Assembly: GCA_963791725.1 (NCBI GenBank)
Contig: CAWBTQ010000003.1
Location: forward strand, 129,441-193,440
Origin: an uncultured Chloroflexia bacterium
GTDB taxonomy: Bacteria > Chloroflexota > Limnocylindria > Limnocylindrales > CSP1-4
Reading direction: 5' to 3'
DNA length: 64,000 bases
The position numbers and the translations under genes were made by a program. Below the pieces are notes generated by a model, which had not been told where the DNA came from, searched no databases, and was given only the letters and a program-made list of their open reading frames with translations. Each line of letters starts with the position of its first letter. Within the stretch, counting starts at the first letter, position 1. Positions 57,951 through 64,000 of the stretch are shown piece after piece.

Positions 57951-58232
57951 TCAGCCAGCTCGACGATATTCGCCACCGGCACGAGTCATCAGGCCCGCGA
58001 CCACCAGCCCTCGCCGAAGAGTGGCCACGTCCTCGTGGAACCCACCCAGCAGCTCGTTGACCTCGCGCTCAGTGTAGGTTCGGCCCGCTTCGAAGCAGCG
58101 CTCCACGAGGTAGCGAAAGATCACCTGGCGCTTCCGATCCTGGGCCGGTATCGAGGCCAGCCTGCCATCGCGCACGAATGCGCGGACCACCCTGGACACA
58201 TACTCCGGCGGGTCGCCGGTCGGGCCGGTCAA
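57951..58232 (-). CDS. DUF2087 domain protein
   Basis: F..DGRL.SIP...K; YTEREVN...HEDVATLRR. Confidence 0.85.
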   Translation of the reverse strand: MTGPTGDPPEYVSRVVRAFVRDGRLASIPAQDRKRQVIFRYLVERCFEAGRTYTEREVNELLGGFHEDVATLRRGLVVAGLMTRAGGEYRRAG

Positions 58233-58250
58233 GACGCGGCCCCGCGCAGC

Positions 58251-58739
58251 TCAGCCCTGGCGAGGCGGCTCGCCTTGAGGCGAAACCGGCGGCGCAGCCG
58301 GAACGACCGGCGCCGGCTGGCCGACGGGCGGCGCATAAGGCTGGGCCGGCATCGTCGGGTATGGAGCCTGGGGGTACGGCTGCCCGGTCGGGTCGACTGG
58401 CGGCTGGACGGGATAGGGCTGCTGCATCACGGGGTACGGCTGCTGAGCCGGGTACTGCGGCTGCCCCGGGTATGGCTGCTGAGGCGGGTACTGGGGCGGG
58501 TACTGAGGCGGGTACTGCGGCTGCGGATAAACCGAAGCCTGCGGCGCGACCGGCTGGGCCGGCGGAGCCGCCTGCTGCTGGTTCTCCGGGTGAGTCTCGC
58601 CCGTTTCGACGGCGTCCTTGAACCCTCGGAGAGCCTTACCGATCGCCGCGCCCGTGTCGGGCAGCTTGCCGGGACCGACGACGATCAGCACGATCACCAG
58701 GATGATTATCAGATGGGCGGGAGTGAGGCCCCACGGCAT
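58251..58739 (-). CDS. tatA: Twin-arginine translocase TatA/E with long P/Q/Y-rich tail
   Basis: HLIIILVIVLIVVGPGKLPDTGAAIGKALRGFK. Confidence 0.88.
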   Translation of the reverse strand: MPWGLTPAHLIIILVIVLIVVGPGKLPDTGAAIGKALRGFKDAVETGETHPENQQQAAPPAQPVAPQASVYPQPQYPPQYPPQYPPQQPYPGQPQYPAQQPYPVMQQPYPVQPPVDPTGQPYPQAPYPTMPAQPYAPPVGQPAPVVPAAPPVSPQGEPPRQG

Positions 58740-59045
58740 ATCGTTACTCCTTGCGGGCCGACAAAAACGAGGGCCACAGATACAAGGCGGTCGAGTTCCG
58801 ATACCGCCGCGTCAACAATACTCCTCGAAAGCGGGCCAGTCACAGCGCCATGGCCGCTGGAATCGGCTTCAACCTACCGTTTTGGGTCGCCTGCGACTCG
58901 CTCGAAGCTGCCCTTATGGGCCGGATCCTGACCCTCCGGCCGCATTGCCGGCCCGAAGACCCACCGAGACGTCCGAGCCGAATGGAGGCGAGTCCGGGTC
59001 GGCGACCTGAACCTCGATCGCCCGACGCCCTGCCGAGTCTCTGCT

Positions 59046-59255
59046 TCAGAATTCGGTGATCCGCACCGCACGGTCGAGATACTTGGCGCGGAACTGGGCG
59101 TTCAGGCGGAGAACCTCGTTCTCGTCGCCGACGAACGAGCAGCGCAGGCAGTAGTACTCGCCCCGCTCGCTGTCGTAGAGCATGTCCATGTCGATTTCCC
59201 GCATCAGGCAACGCGGGCAGCGGTAGTTCAGCTTGCCTTTGCGACCTTGAGCCAC
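59046..59255 (-). CDS. Small CxxC..CxxC zinc-finger protein (69 aa)
   Basis: YRCPRC...YYCLRC; overlaps the end of the upstream gene. Confidence 0.75.
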   Translation of the reverse strand: MAQGRKGKLNYRCPRCLMREIDMDMLYDSERGEYYCLRCSFVGDENEVLRLNAQFRAKYLDRAVRITEF

Positions 59256-61060
59256 GTGCGCAACTCCCCGGTTCCCCGTACGGTCCTCTTGATGCCGATG
59301 GTATACATCGGCGAAAAGGCCATCCCCTCGCGGAAATAGCCGTCTGCGTCGCCCGCATTCGATCGCATCGACAGCCTGGTGTCCACCTGTGGAACCACGA
59401 CCTCAGCCAGTTCCGCTCCTTCGACGACCGCTTCCCGGCACTTGTAGGCATAGTCGATGGACTCGGTGCCAGACGCTCCCTGCAGCGTGAGCCGGACACC
59501 GGTGAGGTCTTCGGGATACTCAGTCGTGCCGTAGCAGCCTGTCAGGTACTCGTCGATCGACACGTCCGCAGCCGGGTCTGTCGTACTCACGATGCTACGA
59601 CTGATCTCGATCTCGCCCGTGCCCTCGGTCAGGCGGAATGTGGACTGGACGCTGATCCTGAACTTCTCGAACTCGATGTCGACCGGCTGGAGCGTCACGA
59701 CTCGGGTCTCGCCGTCCTCGCTGAACGATGCCTGGGTGCGACACGTACACAGATCGACCTCCTCGGCCCCGTGTCTGACCTTGCAACTCTTGACCGCCCC
59801 TTCGCCCGCGTAGTGGGTGAAGTAGCCGGCCCGGTAGAGGGACTGCACGATGAACGGGTAGCTCGCATCCTGGAGGTGCGCCGTCCCGACTCCGCACGGC
59901 CGCACCAGCTTGGCCGCATATGGCCTCAGATCCACCATGGCGCCGCCCTGATTCATGTCGAGGCAGAACCGCATCCAGGGATCCGCGAACCAGAATTGCT
60001 GACGATTCGATCCGTAGAGAATGTCCTTCCAGAGCGAGACCTCAGGCCTGGCGTACGGCCGACCCTCCCGGTAGGCGTCGGCAAACTCGCTCATGGTGAG
60101 ATCGACGGCCTTGCCCTCCTTCTTGAGCCGGCCGTAGTACGCCATGCCGTCTTCATAGCTCTTGAGCAGGAATTCGTAATCCGCCTCCCAGCGGCCGCTC
60201 TTGCTCATCCAACCCGGGCCGACGAACATCATGTTGTAGGCATAGCCCCGGTTGTACTTCGCCATGGCTCGGTACTGGTCCACCACGTTCATGAAGTACG
60301 GAATCTCTCGATCCTCGTAGACCATCCCTCGAAGGATGTTTTGAGGATGAGTGCCGTAATACGATCCCGGCCCGTCGAAGACGGCCAGCAGATCGCGCGA
60401 GAGGTGAGGGATGGCCACTATCCCGATATCGTCTGCCTCGTCCGACGCCGGACAGTGGATATTTCGCCTGGAGGGAATCCATGGGTTCCAGGGGCCGCCG
60501 TCCAGCAGCGTGTACCACGAGTTGTTGGCGTTGTGATACGCCTTGGGGCCTTCCTCCCAACACGTAGCCACGGCGGCCTTCACCATCGGATACTGCGCTT
60601 TGATGTAGTTGACCAGCTCCGCGTCCATATAGTACGAACCCGTTGACGTGGGAAGAAAGCCAAACACTTCCTGAAACTTCCCGAAGACCTCGTCTACGAT
60701 CCTGCGCTTGTCCTCCATCGAGAAGAGCCAGATCGCGAGCTCCTTGGACGCGAACTTCTCGCGGAATTGAGCGCACTGGAGGCCCAGGAAAGTGGGCCCT
60801 ATCTCGTCACCGAACTCTGCGTGATGTTCTTTGGCGAGCGCAACAGCCTCTGCGTTGAAGAGGCTGGCATACGTCATCTGGATCGTCGTGCGGATGCCGT
60901 TGTCATGTGCGACCCTTTGCTGCGTCCGGAAGATGTCGAGTGATTCACTGATGACGTCGCTTCGCGCGATATCTTCGGCCTTGCCTTCTTCGGCGCCCTT
61001 CTGAAGGTACTCGGGCACCATCTCCGGCCGGTGAATTACGGTCAGGTAGAAGCTGGTCAT
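59228..61060 (-). CDS. Conserved-looking hypothetical protein (610 aa), possibly carbohydrate-active
   Basis: Long aromatic-rich ORF with clean codon bias; no family confidently recognised. Confidence 0.75.
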   Translation of the reverse strand: MTSFYLTVIHRPEMVPEYLQKGAEEGKAEDIARSDVISESLDIFRTQQRVAHDNGIRTTIQMTYASLFNAEAVALAKEHHAEFGDEIGPTFLGLQCAQFREKFASKELAIWLFSMEDKRRIVDEVFGKFQEVFGFLPTSTGSYYMDAELVNYIKAQYPMVKAAVATCWEEGPKAYHNANNSWYTLLDGGPWNPWIPSRRNIHCPASDEADDIGIVAIPHLSRDLLAVFDGPGSYYGTHPQNILRGMVYEDREIPYFMNVVDQYRAMAKYNRGYAYNMMFVGPGWMSKSGRWEADYEFLLKSYEDGMAYYGRLKKEGKAVDLTMSEFADAYREGRPYARPEVSLWKDILYGSNRQQFWFADPWMRFCLDMNQGGAMVDLRPYAAKLVRPCGVGTAHLQDASYPFIVQSLYRAGYFTHYAGEGAVKSCKVRHGAEEVDLCTCRTQASFSEDGETRVVTLQPVDIEFEKFRISVQSTFRLTEGTGEIEISRSIVSTTDPAADVSIDEYLTGCYGTTEYPEDLTGVRLTLQGASGTESIDYAYKCREAVVEGAELAEVVVPQVDTRLSMRSNAGDADGYFREGMAFSPMYTIGIKRTVRGTGELRTWLKVAKAS

Positions 61061-61149
61061 CAGCGGTCCCTTTTCGAAGTGGGGCTGTGGGCAGGCGCCA
61101 GCCGTCGCGCGGCACGCCGCCAACCTCGGGCCTCTAGACTGAACCGGAC

Positions 61150-61563
61150 ATGAAGTGGCTCGTCATTCTGGGCGGCGTCGGCGCTGCCGCGCTCTCGTTG
61201 CAGATACTCATCTGGGAGCGACGCGGCGGAAGGCGCCCGCCGTCGGACCTCAGCCAGATCGCGCTGGCCGTGCTGACGGTGCTTCTGATCGGTGGGGCGG
61301 TCTACTCGGCTCATGTCCTCGGGCTATTCTCCATTCCGCTTGTGGCGATCGCTTTTGTGCCGGTCGGGATCACTGCGCGCTGGTTGATCCTCGCGACGCG
61401 CGAGGCTAGGCAGCGGTCCGCATACGCGCGGGCCGGTTCCGCGCCGGAGGTCACGCTACGCGCCCGCCTGATGGCGACCTTCGCGCTGCCGGTCTTCCTG
61501 GTGCTGGTTGCGGCCGTGGTCGCGCTCGGTCTTGTCGCGGGCGCGCTCGTCGGGCCCCACTAG
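61150..61563 (+). CDS. Hypothetical membrane protein
   Basis: About 4 hydrophobic segments. Confidence 0.6.
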   Translation: MKWLVILGGVGAAALSLQILIWERRGGRRPPSDLSQIALAVLTVLLIGGAVYSAHVLGLFSIPLVAIAFVPVGITARWLILATREARQRSAYARAGSAPEVTLRARLMATFALPVFLVLVAAVVALGLVAGALVGPH

Positions 61564-61633
61564 ATCACGACCAGCGGGCACGATCAGGACCCGCTGCAGA
61601 GAGATGCGGGCGACTCGTGGCCCGATCCATCGG

Positions 61634-62590
61634 TCACCCAAGGCCCTTTACGACGAGCGGCTTGACCTCTCGGGCGAGTCTCTCGATCGTTTCGCGGTCG
61701 TACGGAGCAGGCACCTCGACGAGAGCGGTCATGAAGCCCGCGGCACAGTACTCGAGCAGGCGTTCGGCGATCGTCTCCGGCGTTCCGCAGACGGGTCGCG
61801 ACGGCTCGAGGCTCTTCTCGACCGGCGTGCGGTTGAGGTCCATCCAGGCCGCCCACTCGCGCCGGGCCTCCGCTTCGGAGTCTCGGATCACGAACCACAG
61901 GTTGGTGGACCGCTCGATCTCACGTTCGTCGCGACCAACCTCCTCGCAATGTCTCCGCAGCACTGCGTCGATCTCGCGGACCTCCGACGGCAGCCCGCTG
62001 GCGTTCCAGATATCGGCGTACCTGGCGACCGTCCGCAGCGTCTTGGTTCGACCGGTTCCACCGATCATGATCGGGAGGCGCTTCTGGACCGGCAGCGGAT
62101 TGATCGTCGCGCCGTCGAACGAATAGTGGCCGCCCGCGGGGGAAGTCACCGCCTCCCCGGCAGTCAGGGCCCTGATGGCGCCGACCGACTCGTCCAGCCA
62201 GTCCAGGCGCTGGCCAAAGCCGCTGCCGAAGTCGATCCCGAACTCTCGATGCTCGAGCTCGAACCAGGCGCCGCCGAGGCCCAGGATGGAACGGCCCCCC
62301 GAGGCGTGGTCCAGCGTTGTGGCGATCTTCGCTACGAGGCCGGGGTTGCGGAACGTGTTCGCCCCGACCATGAGCCCGACCTTGACGTGTTGGGTGGCCA
62401 TGGCCCAGGCAGTGATCGTCGTCCAGCCCTCGAAGATCGACTGGTGCGGGTCGCCGAAGATCGCCTTGATGTGGTCCCAGGCCCAGAGGTGATCGTAGCC
62501 CAGACGGTCTACCGCCTGGGCCGCGTCGAGCATCTCCTGCCATGACCCGGCCTGGGTCCAGAGATTGATCCCGATCTTGAAGTCGTCCAT
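61634..62590 (-). CDS. LLM-class (luciferase-like, F420/flavin) oxidoreductase
   Basis: GYDHLWAWDH, FRNPGLVAK..TLDH.SGGR..LGLG.AW, PIMIGG; GGAGG RBS. Confidence 0.92.
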   Translation of the reverse strand: MDDFKIGINLWTQAGSWQEMLDAAQAVDRLGYDHLWAWDHIKAIFGDPHQSIFEGWTTITAWAMATQHVKVGLMVGANTFRNPGLVAKIATTLDHASGGRSILGLGGAWFELEHREFGIDFGSGFGQRLDWLDESVGAIRALTAGEAVTSPAGGHYSFDGATINPLPVQKRLPIMIGGTGRTKTLRTVARYADIWNASGLPSEVREIDAVLRRHCEEVGRDEREIERSTNLWFVIRDSEAEARREWAAWMDLNRTPVEKSLEPSRPVCGTPETIAERLLEYCAAGFMTALVEVPAPYDRETIERLAREVKPLVVKGLG

Positions 62591-62642
62591 GACATCCTCC
62601 AACGGCGCGCGCGAGGCGAGGGCCTCTGGCGAGCCCCCGCGA

Positions 62643-64000
<1,358 letters not shown>

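Noticed and set aside
58740-59045. 300-bp GC-rich gap upstream of tatA as possible ncRNA
   Set aside because: Only short generic hairpins; no recognisable family.

Overview
High-GC bacterial DNA. Gene content and abundant leaderless genes suggest a Chloroflexota/Actinobacteria-like host (inference). Positions <1-15.2 kb look like the right part of an integrative island: ArsR, an XRE-HTH/membrane pair, a standalone HNH nuclease, a 40-repeat CRISPR array, a complete type I-C cas operon (cas3-5c-8c[+internal cas11]-7c-4-1-2), and a divergent ATGA-coupled three-gene operon ending in a large serine recombinase (LSR). The LSR 3' end runs into the antisense of an unusual tRNA-Ile with a UAU anticodon. 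A 55-bp decayed copy of internal LSR sequence sits at 520-574, bracketing the whole CRISPR block. The remainder (15.2-64 kb) is mostly core chromosome: PLP enzymes, rhodanese, ATP-dependent ligase, lysine 2,3-aminomutase, a two-component system with ABC/MMPL exporters, an rrf2-sufC-sufS-sufU operon lacking sufBD, NfeD-flotillin-TelA, ackA, an ECF transporter with nucleoside hydrolase, tatA, an unknown gene pair, an LLM oxidoreductase and the 3' part of a GH2 beta-galactosidase. All calls are from motif recognition by eye; no searches were run.
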